Assembly (NCBI RefSeq): GCF_036321535.1
Contig: NC_087436.1
Span: 72,418,001 to 72,482,000 of the forward strand
DNA from: Camelus dromedarius
Lineage: Eukaryota
Direction: 5' to 3'
DNA: 64,000 bases
Shown here: piece by piece, positions 23,923 through 36,622 of the stretch
Numbering within the stretch: position 1 is the first letter of the stretch
How the letters are laid out: the number at the start of each line of letters is the position of its first letter
Made by a program: the position numbers and the translations under genes
Notes under the pieces: model-generated
What the model was told of the DNA's origin: nothing
Database searches by the model: none
What the model saw: only the letters and a program-made list of their open reading frames with translations

Positions 23923-24550
23923 GTGGGCGTGCGTTTTAGTTGTGCTTTTTCCTAAATAATGTTTTCTGGTTTCACTTCAAAGTGTGATAATTATGAATGA
24001 AAATTGTCAACTCAGTGCTATTCGAATAACATGTATTATTATTATTATTAGAGATTATTTAGTTACCAAAGTTTATTTTCATTTCTTATTCTTTTTCTTC
24101 AGATTTTCTTATTGAATCAATTCAGTGTGATTTCAGATCCTATGATGAAATGTGAGAGCAACACTTTACATTTAAAGGGCCTGTTTTTGTCACATTTGCT
24201 TTAATCTCATGGTAAACCTGGCCAGTGCACTCTGTCCAACTTGGCTTGGTAGTGGCGGTGGCAGTATTGGTGTTTTTATTCTCTTTAAATCCACTGACAG
24301 TAGCTTATCGGCAATAAACGCAATTTGCCACATGGGGTCCTGGACTAAAGAATGCATGTGAATCATGAGAAAACATCTGCACTATTTGAGAAATCCCTTC
24401 TGATGGTGCTTCGAACATCATTTTTGTAGAAGGACCTTTCCTTCCCATGGGACGGGAGCAGAGGGAGCCAATTACACGCTGTAAAACATCACTAATGGAA
24501 AAACACATCTTTGTTAGTCGAGTGACTTTCTGTACTTGTTTTTCTTCCAG

Positions 24551-24673
24551 GTATCTGTAGTGAGATCATTCTAAAACCTAAGGACGTTTCTCAGGAAGAA
24601 CTTTTGGACATAACTGATCAGTTGAACATGGACCCAAGAGTCAGTGGTATATTAGTTCAGTTGCCACTGCCAG
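24551..24673 (+). CDS. MTHFD2L: MTHFD2L coding exon 3
   Basis: TTCTTCCAG|; [41 protein letters not shown]; |GTACAT; 123 nt. Confidence 0.97.
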
Positions 24674-24876
24674 GTACATAATGCTCTTCTATGTGTCTGG
24701 TTCGGTTAGGAGCAAGGACACCTTTCAACATTATATCCTGACACCTCAAGTAATTTATAAAATATGTTCAGAAGGGGACTAGCTCTTGTATTAGCATATA
24801 ATAGGTGACAATTTCTGAATGACTTACATTTACAATGACTGAAAATTGTGAAAGAAAAATGTAGGCTTTGGCAACA

Positions 24877-26051
24877 CGTGCAGTTCTGGCTTTGCACAGC
24901 AGTGCAAGAACATAGAAATGACTATGTCTGCTGCAGCTGGTCAAAGCGATCTAAATAAATCAGTGGGAAAATAGCTATTGTTCTGTGACCTTTAAAATTT
25001 TTCTCAAAACATCAAAAACTCTCTTACTGTGGTTTGCAAATGTATAAGGACATGAAAAAATAGTAAAACTAATATTAAGTACACTATGATTTAAAACATT
25101 AGAAACACTGAGAATTTAAGTGTCTTATTTCATCGGCAAAGTCTTGTCAAGAGGAGTTTGACCTTCCTTCCTCTCATCCTATAACTCTTCATGTGGAACG
25201 CTTGCTCTTTTCTAAGCATCTTTTCTGTGCCTTGGTGAGTTGAACTGTCATATTCCTTTCCAAGTTTGGATCAGCTTCTGTTTTGTCCTTTGTACTTTTG
25301 AAGTCATGAACTGTCTCTGAGAGTTTCTTTAATGTGAGGTTTTATTCTGGTGTCACTTTCTCTGGGGTGTTGTCGTCCTTTTTGTCACAAGCACATTCCT
25401 CATTTATTTGGATCTGTTTGTCCTCATTACGTTCCTGTGGCTGCGTAGCTACGTGGCTTCAAAGGGTGCAGTGTCAGCATTCTGGGGTCATGGCCTACTT
25501 CTTGTACAGCCCGTTTACATTCAGGTAGAAATCTACTGAAGCAGGTTTATCTTGTTTTTTACGTTCATGGTTCTTACCTTTATGCTGGCCTAGGTCTCTT
25601 CTGTCTTTGCTGTGCCACCATCAGTTCTTCTGTTCACATCTGCTTTCACTTCCAGAATCATCGCCTTTTATTTCTTCATTGCACTTCATCTTTGCAGGCT
25701 CATTCCCTCTTCTGATTATCCGCTTCTGTGAAATGTCATGTGAGTTTATCACTGGGAGACAAGGAGGCAGTATGATTTACTGTCTGTGTTTGAACTGAAT
25801 AACAGATGTGCCGTGATCAATCACCGACAGACTCTGAAAGAAGTGACATGTTAGTCACTGATCATGATGCGCATCTGTTACTTACATAGTGATTTGTGGA
25901 CCAAAGAGCTGGCAGCGCTTATATAATCACTCACAGTTAATATGCCATGATAACTGAAATTCAAACTGTGTTGCTGGAAGACTGGTGGTGCTTGACTGAA
26001 TTGTGGCTCTGAAATTCGTGCATATTCAATGAGCAAAGCAAGGATTGCTTG
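24877..26051 (-). mobile_element. TcMar-Tigger DNA transposon, internally deleted (Tigger6-like)
   Basis: TIRs GCAGTTCTGGCTTTGCAC and GCAAAGCAAGGATTGCTTG; decayed transposase-like coding remnants on the minus strand. Confidence 0.75.
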
Positions 26052-26789
26052 AATATTATGGATTAGGGTAGTTTGGTGCAGTTTTGAATTCTTGTGTAAG
26101 TTTGACTTGCAGAAAGTAGAGCTGTATGATGGTATTACTTAGGATCTTTGTATGGTATTAATATTTTAATTTATGCAATAATATAACTTACTGTCTCAGT
26201 GTATAACATTTGTGCTATTTAAATTACAACAAAAACTCACATTTTTAATTATTTTCTTTTGATATGGCGGGATTTAAAAAAATTAAAAAATTGGAAAGGA
26301 TCTTAGAAGTTATCAAGGTTCCCCCCAAGAAAAATGCTTCTGACAGATAATACTATAGACTCATCATGTTAAAATTAGCATGGTGATTTATCACTTACTT
26401 TTACAACTATAAAAGGCATTCAACATGTACAGCACACTCATTTCATATCATAGGAAGTTAAGGTCTAGAAAATATCAGGAGTTTAATTAATATCACAGAT
26501 CTGTCCCAAAAATTTTGGCATTTGGGTTTAAGCCCAGTTTTTGGCTCATGCAAAACAAGATCTTTTTTTTTTTTTTTTTTGGTACTGCATTTGTCTCACA
26601 ATCTTCTTCTTGTGGTTTGCAGTTTTTAAATTTCCTTCACTTGTATTTGAAATACATTCAGATAGTTATAAAAACATGTAAACATGTAAAAATTTTCCAA
26701 ATATTTGGAAATTAAAAATTAAATTCATATCTGTAAGAAATTTTACCCCTTTATGGGCAATATTCTTTGTTGAATTTATTAGCAATTTG

Positions 26790-26803
26790 CCACTAGATGG
26801 CAC
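26790..26803 (+). promoter_or_regulatory. Candidate CTCF site (forward)
   Basis: CCACTAGATGGCAC closely matches the CTCF core, with GCAATT just upstream, in non-repetitive sequence. Confidence 0.55.
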
Positions 26804-26959
26804 TGTTGATCTCTCTGTACTGAAATTTCTCAAGTCTTGTGTTTGAGAGTCAGAAGCATAGAGCTAAAGGGATATGGTGATAAAAAAATATCTGGATTCT
26901 CTGAGAAACGACAATTTTATATCTAGTTGAAAAGCCAATAATATACAAAATAACCAAAA

Positions 26960-27330
26960 TTTACTATGTCAGGCATTTATGTCTCAGGCACTTTACATTA
27001 TTGATTCATTGAATCCTCATAATAACCCTATGGAGGTGGAGCTATTATTATATGCATTTTACTGATGAGGGATTTGGGGCACAGAGAGGTTAGATAACTG
27101 CCCCTAAGCTCACAGAGCTGGTAATGGAGCTGGAATGTGAGTCCAGGCAGACTGGCCCCTCATTCCATTACCATTATGTTACCACTCTCACCGCATGTCA
27201 GTGTTAGCTGGTGAGTAACAGGTGCTACTACGTGGCAGGTGTTCTTTTATATGGATAATTTTATTGAATCCTCAAACAGCCTAGCCTTATGTGTAGGAAT
27301 TATCTTCTTCATCTTACAGATGAGGGGACT
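26960..27330 (-). mobile_element. Two MIR SINEs
   Basis: TCATTGAATCCTCATAATAACCCTATGGAGG..TTTTACTGATGAGG..GGCACAGAGAGGTTAG; second core TCTTACAGATGAGG. Confidence 0.75.
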
Positions 27331-27497
27331 CTTCTGTATTACTTAACCTATTCACCTACATTACACTGGGATATGTAATTTGGTTAATAGAAAAAGTTGG
27401 ATAAAGTAGGAAATCATAAAACAAGGCATTTTATCTTAAACATAGCATTATAACATAAAACATTTAAATATTAATTCACCAATCTTTTGATGTAGGT

Positions 27498-28045
27498 TGT
27501 CGGGAAGGAAGAAATTTTCCTCTTCCCTTCTAGTTTCTTCTGGCTGATCTAAGAGTTAAATAGATATGAGACAGATTAACATGAGGAAAAGAAACAAAAG
27601 TTAATAACATGTGTACATGGGAGAGACCCAGGAAAACTGAGTAACTTGCCGAAATGGCTGAAGCCCTCACCTTAAATACCATCTTCAGCTAAGAGAAAAG
27701 AAGGCATTGGTGGTAGTGCTTTGGGACCTTAAAGGGGAGGAAGGCAGTTCACCTGCAGATGCAAAAACAAATGTTTGCTGGGCCACGTAAGGACAATGGA
27801 CACAAAATGGACTCTGATCTTCAGACCCTGCTGAGTTTTCCCCACCACCCCAGCCCATTTTCTTTGCAGTTATCTCTGATGGTAGCTCTATTCTGGGAAC
27901 AGGTCCTTTATCTAGATTCTTTAGGCAGCCAAAGGGGAGGCAAAAAGACAGACTTACTGAGTCTTCTGTTTCTTAAAAATAATCAGCCTAAAATTATCCT
28001 CATGCCAAAGAGACATTGTGGGGTGGCAAACTGTGCTTCCCTACA
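27498..28045 (-). mobile_element. ERV1-class solo LTR
   Basis: TG...CA ends, perfect TSD AGGT (27494-27497 and 28046-28049); same family as 40486-41007. Confidence 0.85.
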
Positions 28046-28508
28046 AGGTCCAAGACTCTTTGGAAACTACTGTTAGGAATTTTGCACTATCTTTTGGCAT
28101 TAATAACACCTATGATTCATTGCCTATAATTTTCAGTTTGAGGTAAAAATATCTAAAATACATCTGTATTTTTAAAATGTCTCCCAATCTTAATAGCTGT
28201 CTTGCTTTTATCTAAGTCATTATTAATTCTTTTTAGTTCTCAAGAGTGTTTCAAGAATATTCAAATTAGTCTTCATAGAAATAATTGTTTGTTTATACTG
28301 TTTTAAATTAAATTTCATAATTTACTGTGAAAGAACTGGCAAAAACAGATGAGAAATACACACAACTGTCTCTTGATTATCATGAAATTCAACTGGTAGG
28401 AGCAGGAGTAGCTTATTAACTACTTTCTGATATTCTTTCAGCAAGCCCCGGGCATCAACCTGCATATTTTAAGAAGACATGGAACTCATTAGTCATTTTG
28501 GTAGATTG

Positions 28509-29063
28509 TGCTGGGGAGGGGGAAATTCTCCCCTCTTCTTCTCTTGAGTTCTTGTGGCTGGACTAATACACAACACAAATAAACAGGAGATAAATAAACT
28601 TTTAAGAAATTTTAATTTATGCACATGGAGGTCCCACAGACATGTGACCTAGGAAGTGGCCAAAGCAGGCAGCTTTTATACTTTTTAGACAAATAATACA
28701 TTTGTGAGGAATTGACAGGACAAAGAAAATTAGGCCTTGGGTGCTTAATTCATGAAAAATCTAAATCTAAAAGCTTTCTAAGACATCTACTAAACAGAAT
28801 TTGGGCTTGAGGTGGTAAGTTAAAGGCGTCGCGAGCTTTATTTACATAGGATTCTTGCCCTGAATTCCCTGTCTCTGGCAACAAGGGTGTCCTACCCCCA
28901 GATGCAAGTGTGCCTTTCAAGTGAGATTTATTTTCTCCTTTCAAGGGGACAGAGGAGGGTCAGAGTGTCCCCTCTTACAACGGCTCTTTCTTAAGTAACA
29001 AATTCAAAATAATTAATGTGCCATTGAGGCATATTTTTGGGTGGCCTACCCTGAGCCCCAACA
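28509..29063 (-). mobile_element. ERV1-class solo LTR
   Basis: TG...CA ends, TSD ATTG/GTTG (3 of 4 match); TATAAAAGCTGC and ATTAAA on the minus strand. Confidence 0.75.
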
Positions 29064-29780
29064 GTTGGCTATGTGCAAGTGGGTTGAAATAGCCTCTCCT
29101 GTACGTGTCTTCTAAGATTGTTACAACGAAATGATGAGCAAATGAACAAATGAAATGATTCTAGTCGATTTTACCTCTAATTTTTTGTCATTCGGTTAAC
29201 ATCTGGATTCCACATTATTTCGTGATAGAAATCGGAGATTATTTTTTACAATTAGGACAATATCTTAAGCAAAAGAAATTGTAAATTAGAATTAGAAACC
29301 TGATGTTGGAGGACTAGCTTGCATAAGGATTAAAGAGAGCATACAAGCAGTTTCCATGCATCTCATTTGGATACAAAGCAAAGAAATGAGAGAGAATTCT
29401 GTTCTCCATTTGGTGATAATGAGTCTGTCACAGGCTTACACCCATGTTTATGCTCAGGAGCTGTGTGACTCTGGTCAGGACTGGAAGTACTGAGGGTGCA
29501 ACTGTGCGTCCACAGTCGTATGGCCTGTCTGTCCTGTAGCTGATCCTACAAAGAGGGAGAAATAGAGCAGTCATATGAGGTTGCTTCCCTACTCCTGCAC
29601 GACTGAGCACAGATTCTGTCAGTATCAGTAAGTCGTCATCATGTCAAGGCCAGAATGATGTCTGCTATTCACATTATATATATATTTTTTCTCCTAATTA
29701 GGCATTATTTGCTTTTAGCTTTTATTGAGTTATATCTATTAAACTGATATTATATTAAGAGTAATATAATTTGTAGAGTA

Positions 29781-30256
29781 TGTCAACCAAAGAAAAATAC
29801 ACAACGTAAAAGTTGAGAGTTAAGTTTTATTTGGGAACATTCTGAGCACTACTGCCTGGGAGACAGACTCTTAGCTCTGAGAAGCTGCTCAGAAGAGGTA
29901 CGGAAGAAGCTAGGATATCTAGGAGTTTTTGCTGGGGGAGGGGGGTGGGAAACATGTAGTTGAATATCAAAAGCTTACTGCTAATCACAAAAACCAGACA
30001 TCGCAAGTGAATGACTTTAGTGGTTTTCTATGGGAAGATGCAAGAGTCTGGGCTCACTGAAATTATTCCTTAGCTATGCATCTTAACTATCTAGCATCAG
30101 TACCCGGGACACAGAATGTTTCCTGTTTTTCTCCATCCTGAATTCTCCTCAGGGCACACTGTCAGGCAGGGGGTGGGGCAGCAGCAGTGGCTGCTGGCTT
30201 GATGGTGGGCAGCAACTTTATTTTGCTAAAATGCTAGGCAACATTCCCTTCCCACA
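29781..30256 (-). mobile_element. ERV1-class solo LTR
   Basis: TG...CA ends, perfect TSD AGTA (29777-29780 and 30257-30260); reverse complement aligns with 37783-38263. Confidence 0.85.
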
Positions 30257-31999
30257 AGTATCTGTATCAGTACGTACTGTGAAAAGTAAAGTGGGAATGA
30301 TGATCTTTAAAAGTTGGGGACCAGTGACATTCTTTTCAGACCAAAGTAACGAAAGGGGAATTATAATATCCACAAGCTTGAAACACACTGAAAATTTGCT
30401 ATAAATATTTGTCGTAGTGCGGGATTTGGCACGGGGTGAATTTGGTTTAAAAGGGTTCAAATTATATGAATTATATGAAAGCATTCAGATGTAAGCCTAG
30501 AAAACAATTATCAGTCAATTCAATTTGGATGCGGTGTTTTATGACTACTGTTCCTTGACAGCTATTACCATTTATGACTGCCAGCAATATTCAGTAAGTA
30601 ATGTAACACTCAGAGCAACCCTCAGTGGTAGGTACTTTTTTTTAAATCCATGGTTTATAGTCAAGGAAACTAAGTGAGCTGAGAAACTTGTGTAACGTCA
30701 CGGCAGTAGCGGGTAGCAGAGCAGTGCCAGGAGAACCAATTCTGGTGTTCTTTCAGTCTTCATCACAGTCCTACAGCTGAGACTGCAAGTCAAGCACCAA
30801 GAGATGCTTACCCACCCCTTTTTATTTTCTTGCTTTCTAAGAAATCTACTTCTCCTCTATCTCTGGGAACAAAATTTATTAGGTCGAATGGGAAAACTTA
30901 ATCTAGCTTATCTATCTTTTTCTAAAATTGTTTTTCAAATGTTTCCCTTCAGTTAGTTTGAAACTTTTGAGGATTAAAACTTCCAATTTATGTAAGAGGA
31001 TTGATCAGAGAAACTAGAATGAAATATAGGATTAAAGGATTAAATACAGATACGGTGAGTAAGAAGAGTTAGAATTCACAGTGTAGATTTAACAAAGATA
31101 ACATTTTCTAGTAATTAGTAGGCATAAAAATGTGGGTATTGACCTAATTAGGGCATGCAGATATGTGCATTTGTCTAAAACCTGATTCTTCATTTGGAGG
31201 GGAAAAAAGGGCCTTGTCTTGATTGCTTTTCTTGAGAGATTATGAAATTTGTGTATGCAGAATACTTACTACTCTATGTATAATGTTCTTCAACAGAGTA
31301 GGAAATTTTCATCACCCTAGACTCCATTTTTGTAGAGCTTTTTTTCCTGTTTATTTCTAAATGGTTTCTAAATTAGACTTGACCTTTGTTATAGCATTTT
31401 TACTCCTTTCTCTAGGGAGGAACCCCAGTTCTGTGACTGAGTGCACAGAACAATTCCACATAGAATATTTCATTACTTTTTAGTAATGTGTTTCTTCCAC
31501 TAGACTATTAGTTTCACCAAATCAGGGGGGGATTGCAGTCAACGTTTTATTCCTGAATTCCACCCTGCATCCTGGTAGATTCCTAGTGAATGTTATTGCT
31601 GGAATGAATGAACCCTGTAGTTTTACAGTCACTGCTTTTGTTTCCCCCTCCGTTAAAGTTTCATCCTTCTACATATTCTTCTACATCTAAGAGAGTAGTA
31701 TGTAAGTTCTGTCACTGGTCAAGATTTGGCGAGGATCTTACACCCCAGACCCTAGAAAGCTTTCTGTAGCCCTAAGTATTTATTATACAGAGAACACGGT
31801 AGGATAACATTTTATTACTTGAATAGGGCTTTAGCCTCTGGCCTCTTAACTACATTGGTTATCTTTTAAACATACCAGTGCTGACTTCTTTCCCACCTTT
31901 AGGTCTTGGCTTAAATGCCACTGCCTCAGAGAGCCTTTTTTAGCCACACCCTCCGAAATTGTTTCAGTTCTGTCAATCCCTGCTTTAGATCTGCTTTTT

Positions 32000-32310
32000 T
32001 GTGCAGCAAACAAAGTTCTCGAAACATCCACATATCCCCTTACATTTCCCAGCTTCTCTTAGCAATTAGGCTGGGGCCATGTGACTTCTGGCTCCTGGAC
32101 TGTGAGGAGAAGTGACTTTTTTTGAGCCATTCTGAACTGAGATGGTTAAAAGCTACGTGGCATCCACCCCTACTTCTCTTTTTGTTGCACTAATCCTGGA
32201 AGGTATGTATTATAGATGATTGTCAATTACAAGAAGGAGGGAAGTGGGAATCTTAACAGAGGTTACATGAGTAAGAAATAAGTATCCTTTCACAAGTGAT
32301 TGGGATTTCA
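32000..32310 (+). mobile_element. MaLR MLT1 (H-J-like) LTR fragment
   Basis: ATTTCCCAGCTTCTCTTAGCAATTAGGCTGGGGCCATGTGACT..ATGAGTAAGAAATAA. Confidence 0.6.
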
Positions 32311-33971
32311 GATTAAAATTCACAAATGTGATGAAAACTATAAACCCACAGATCTACAAGCTCAACAAACTCCCTGCCCATGAAATATGAAGAAAACTAT
32401 ACCAATAAAAACACCATAATCAAATTATTCAAAACCAGTGTAATGCAGAGAAAAAATACTGAAAGCATCAAGTGGGGAGAAGTCACATTACATACAGAGG
32501 GATAAAAAGAAAGAAATAGCAGATTTCTCATCAGAAACAATGTAAAGTAAGAAGACAATGGAGCATCTTGATCTTTAAAGTACTGAGAGAAAAAAAACTG
32601 TAACAATGACTTCTATACTCAGTGAAAATATCTTTAAAAACAAAGACAAATAAAATATTATTTTAGATATTTAGGGAGAATAGAATCCAGACAGAGCTAG
32701 GGAAACAATCACCAGCAAACCTACACTATAAAAAAATATTAAAGGAAGTCCTTCAGGCAGAAAAAAATGATACCAGATGAAAATATGTTTCTACACAAAG
32801 GAATGAAGAGCACTAGAAATGATAGCTATGTGAGTAAATATATATGATATTTTTCTTATTAGTAAAATAATTTTAGGATGTAATTGGTATTAAACCCCAA
32901 AGAAAAACAATTTAATGTGTGGTTTATATTCTAAAATTACCAATACCCAAAAATAAGCAAATAAATAAAAGAAAGGAAAACTACAAACTAATATCCTTCA
33001 TGAACATAAATGCGAAAGATACTAACAAAATTTGAGAAATAAAATTCAACAATATATAAAAGGGATTGTTCATCATGACCAAAATCTATCAAGACTTTTA
33101 TTCCAGGAATGCAACATTGGTTTAACATTGGAAAGTCCAACAATGTATTTCACCACATTAACCAATTAAAATGAAAAGTCATGTGATTATCTCAATAGCT
33201 AGAGATAAATTATTTGATAAAATTCATAATTGATTCCTGATAAAAAGCTGTCTAAAAACTAGTAACAAAACATAATCAAAGATAAGAAAAATTTGCAGCT
33301 AACATCATAGTTGATTATGAAAGACAATATTTTCCTCATATGATCAGGAAGAAATTAAGAATGTCCATTCTTAACCATGTCTATTCAACATTGTATTGGA
33401 GATTCTAACCAACACATAAGGCAAGGCAAGAAAAAGAAAATTAAAAGCAGATAACATGATCATCTATGTAGAAAATCCAATGGAACCTAGGGGAAAAGAA
33501 AGGCTATTAATACTAATGAGTTTAACAAGGTTAGAAGATACAAGATTAATATGCAAATATCACTTGCCATTCTGTGTGTTAGCATCAGATATCAGATATT
33601 GAAGTGAATAAAGACATTTAAGTTGCATCGAAAATATAATATCTTTAGGCATAAATTTGACAAAAGATGTGAAAAACTTGTACATTGAAAACTACAGAAC
33701 ATTCCTGAGAGAAATTAAAGAAGACCTAAGTAAATAAATATATTGTATTCATGGATTGAAAGACTAACTAGTGTTAGGATGTCAGTTATCTTCAAATTAA
33801 TTTGTAGATTCAAGACAGTCTCAATGAAAATCTCAGCATTGTTTTTTGTAGCAGTTGACAAAACTGATTGCTAAATTCATATGGAAATTCAAAGTACCTA
33901 GAATAGTTAAAACAGCTTTGAAAATTAGTAACAGTGTTGAAAGGTTAATACTTCCTGATTTTAAGACTAAT

Positions 33972-34259
33972 CAAATGTCTTAAAATCAAAAGCAACAAAC
34001 TTCCAGATATAAAATAAGTCATGGGGATATAATATATGGCACGGTGACTAAAGTTAATAATACTGTATTGCATATTTGAAAGTTGTTGAGAGAATACACC
34101 TTAAAAGTCCTCATCATAAGAAAAAAAATTTTGACTGTGTATTGGAGGGATGTTAACTTATTGTGGTGATTATTTTGTAATATATGTAAATAATGAATCA
34201 TTATGTTGTACACCTGAAACTAAACTATATGTCAGTTATACCTCAATTAAAATTTTTCA
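33972..34259 (+). mobile_element. L1MA9-like 3' end nested in older L1
   Basis: CAAACTTCCAG..GTCATGGGGAT..AATAATACTGTATTG..TTGTACACCTGAAACTAA; 9-bp TSD AAGACTAAT at 33963-33971 and 34260-34268. Confidence 0.75.
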
Positions 34260-36150
34260 AAGACTAATTATAAAGCTACAGTAATTAAGACAGAGTGGTA
34301 CTGGAATAAATAGGAAAACAGATGAATGGAAGAAAATTTAAAATCCAGAAATAGATCTATACCTATATCAACAATTGGTTTTTGAAAAGGGTGGAAAGAT
34401 AAATTAGTGCAGAAAGGATGTGCTTTTCAATAAATGGGGGCTGTTGCAATTGGATTGCATAGGAATATGAAACAAGAACTTGATAAATTAGATTTCATCA
34501 AAATGCAAAACTTCTGCTTTTCAAAAAATATTAAAAGAATAAAAAAAGACAGACTAGAAGAAAATATTTGCAAAGCATATATTTGCTAACATATATATGC
34601 AGAATATATAAAGAGCTATCAAAAATCAATATCAAGAAAATAAAAACAACCCAATTAAACAAAGCCCAACTCTAGCCAGAACAACATAAATACTCTTGTC
34701 CTTATAACAAGAAAATGCTGGACAAACTGAAAATCAATACTTTTCTTGACCCATCAGAGAACTGAAGTTGCAGGGCAAACCACTATCCCAAAATCTGGAG
34801 AGACAGGCAAATCCAGTTACAACCAAGATCTATTTACCTGTAACAAGATTCTGGAGCCATAAACTGATTGGAATACTTGAACGTAATTTTGATGAATTTC
34901 TGGAGATTAATGTGTATTAGCATGAGAGAAACTCCTAGGGGCCATTGTCTTAGATGTGGCTTCCCCCCCCCCCCAAAAAAAACACAAAGCATGCCAAAAG
35001 ACAAAGAAAAGCAGTCTAAAGAGACAAAAACCCCATTAGAAACAGATTCACATATGACACAGATTTTGGAGTTATTGGGAATTTAAAATAACTGTGATTT
35101 AACATGTTAAAGGCTCTGGTGGAAAAAGTGGGCAATATGCAAGGACATACGGGTAATGAAAGAGAGATGGAAACTCTAAGAAAGATTCAAAAAGAAATGC
35201 TGAAATCAAAAACACTCTAACAGCAATGAAGAATGCTTTGTTGTAGCTCAGTTGTAGACTGGAAATAATCAGTAAGCTTGAGAATATGCCAATAGAAACT
35301 TCTCAAATTGCAATGCAGAGAGAAAAAAGAAAGAAAGAAAAAAAATGCAGAAAAGACCATCTAAGAACTATAGGACATTTTCAAAAGGTGTGACATACAG
35401 ATGATTGGAATATCAGGAGAAGAGAGAACAGGGCAGAAGAAATATTTGAAGTAATAGTAGCTAAAACTGTCCAAAATTAATGGCACACACCAAATCAACA
35501 CCAAACAGGGTAAATACTGAAAATGGTCAAAAGATATGAACAGTCACTTCACCAAAGAAGAAATACAAATGATACATAAACACATAAGTAGATACTCAAC
35601 AGTAGTCATTAGGGAAATTCAAATGGAAACTGTAATAAGATACTACTACACACCTATTAGAATGGCTGATACTAGAAAGATAACTGACCTTACCATGTAT
35701 TGATGAGGATGTGTTGTTGGTGGGAATGCAACATGGTATACTTTGAAAAAAGATTGGCAGTGTCTTAAAAATTTACATATATGTATGTATAATTGTCCAT
35801 CCATTTCATGTCTCTGTATTTACCTAAAGAAAAAAAGATGTATGTGTTAACACAAAGACTTGTATATGCATGTTCATAGAAGCATTTTTTTAACGGTCAA
35901 AAGCTGGAAATAACTCAAATGTTCATCAACAGGTGAATAGATATAAATGTGGTATAATCTATACAGTGGGATATTACTCAGCAATAAAAAGGAATTAAAT
36001 ATTGATGCACACTCCAGCATGGGTGAATATCAAAATAATTATGCTGAGTGAAATTATCCAGACAAGTGAAAGTACATACTCTATGGTTCTATTTATATAA
36101 AATTCTATGTACTGCAAACTAACATATAGTGACAGGAAGCAAATCAGTGG

Positions 36151-36487
36151 CTATTAGTCGGCTTGGGCTGCATAAAAAAATATCATAGACTAGGTGCCTT
36201 AAATAACAGAACTTTATTTTCTCACAGTTCTGAATGCTCGAAGTCTGAGATCAGGGTGCCAGAAGAGTCAGGTTTTGGTGAGAGCTCTCCTGCCTTTCAG
36301 ATGACTCCCTCCTTCTCACATGACAGAGAAAGAGGAAGCTCTCTGGTGTCTCTTCTTATAAGGGCACTAATCCCATCATGAGGGGCCGACCATGAAGATT
36401 TCATGTAAACCTAATTACACACCGTTACATTAAGGGTTGGGCTTCAACACATGAATTTGTAGGGGGGACACAATTCAGCCCATAGCA
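36151..36487 (-). mobile_element. MaLR MLT1A-like LTR nested in an L1 3' UTR
   Basis: AACAGAACTTTATTTTCTCACAGTTCTG..CTTCTTATAAGGGCACTAATCCCATCATGAGG..CACAATTCAGCCCATAGCA; TSD AGTGG/AGTGT. Confidence 0.8.
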
Positions 36488-36600
36488 AGTGTTTATAGGT
36501 GGTTGAAGGTGAGGGGACAGGAAGGGATGAGGAAAAGAGGCATGTGGAAACTTTTCAGGGTGGTGTATGTGTTCATTATCTTGACTGGGGTGATGGTTTC

Positions 36601-36622
36601 ATATATATATATATATATATAT
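36601..36622. repeat. (AT)n microsatellite
   Basis: 11 AT units. Confidence 0.9.
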
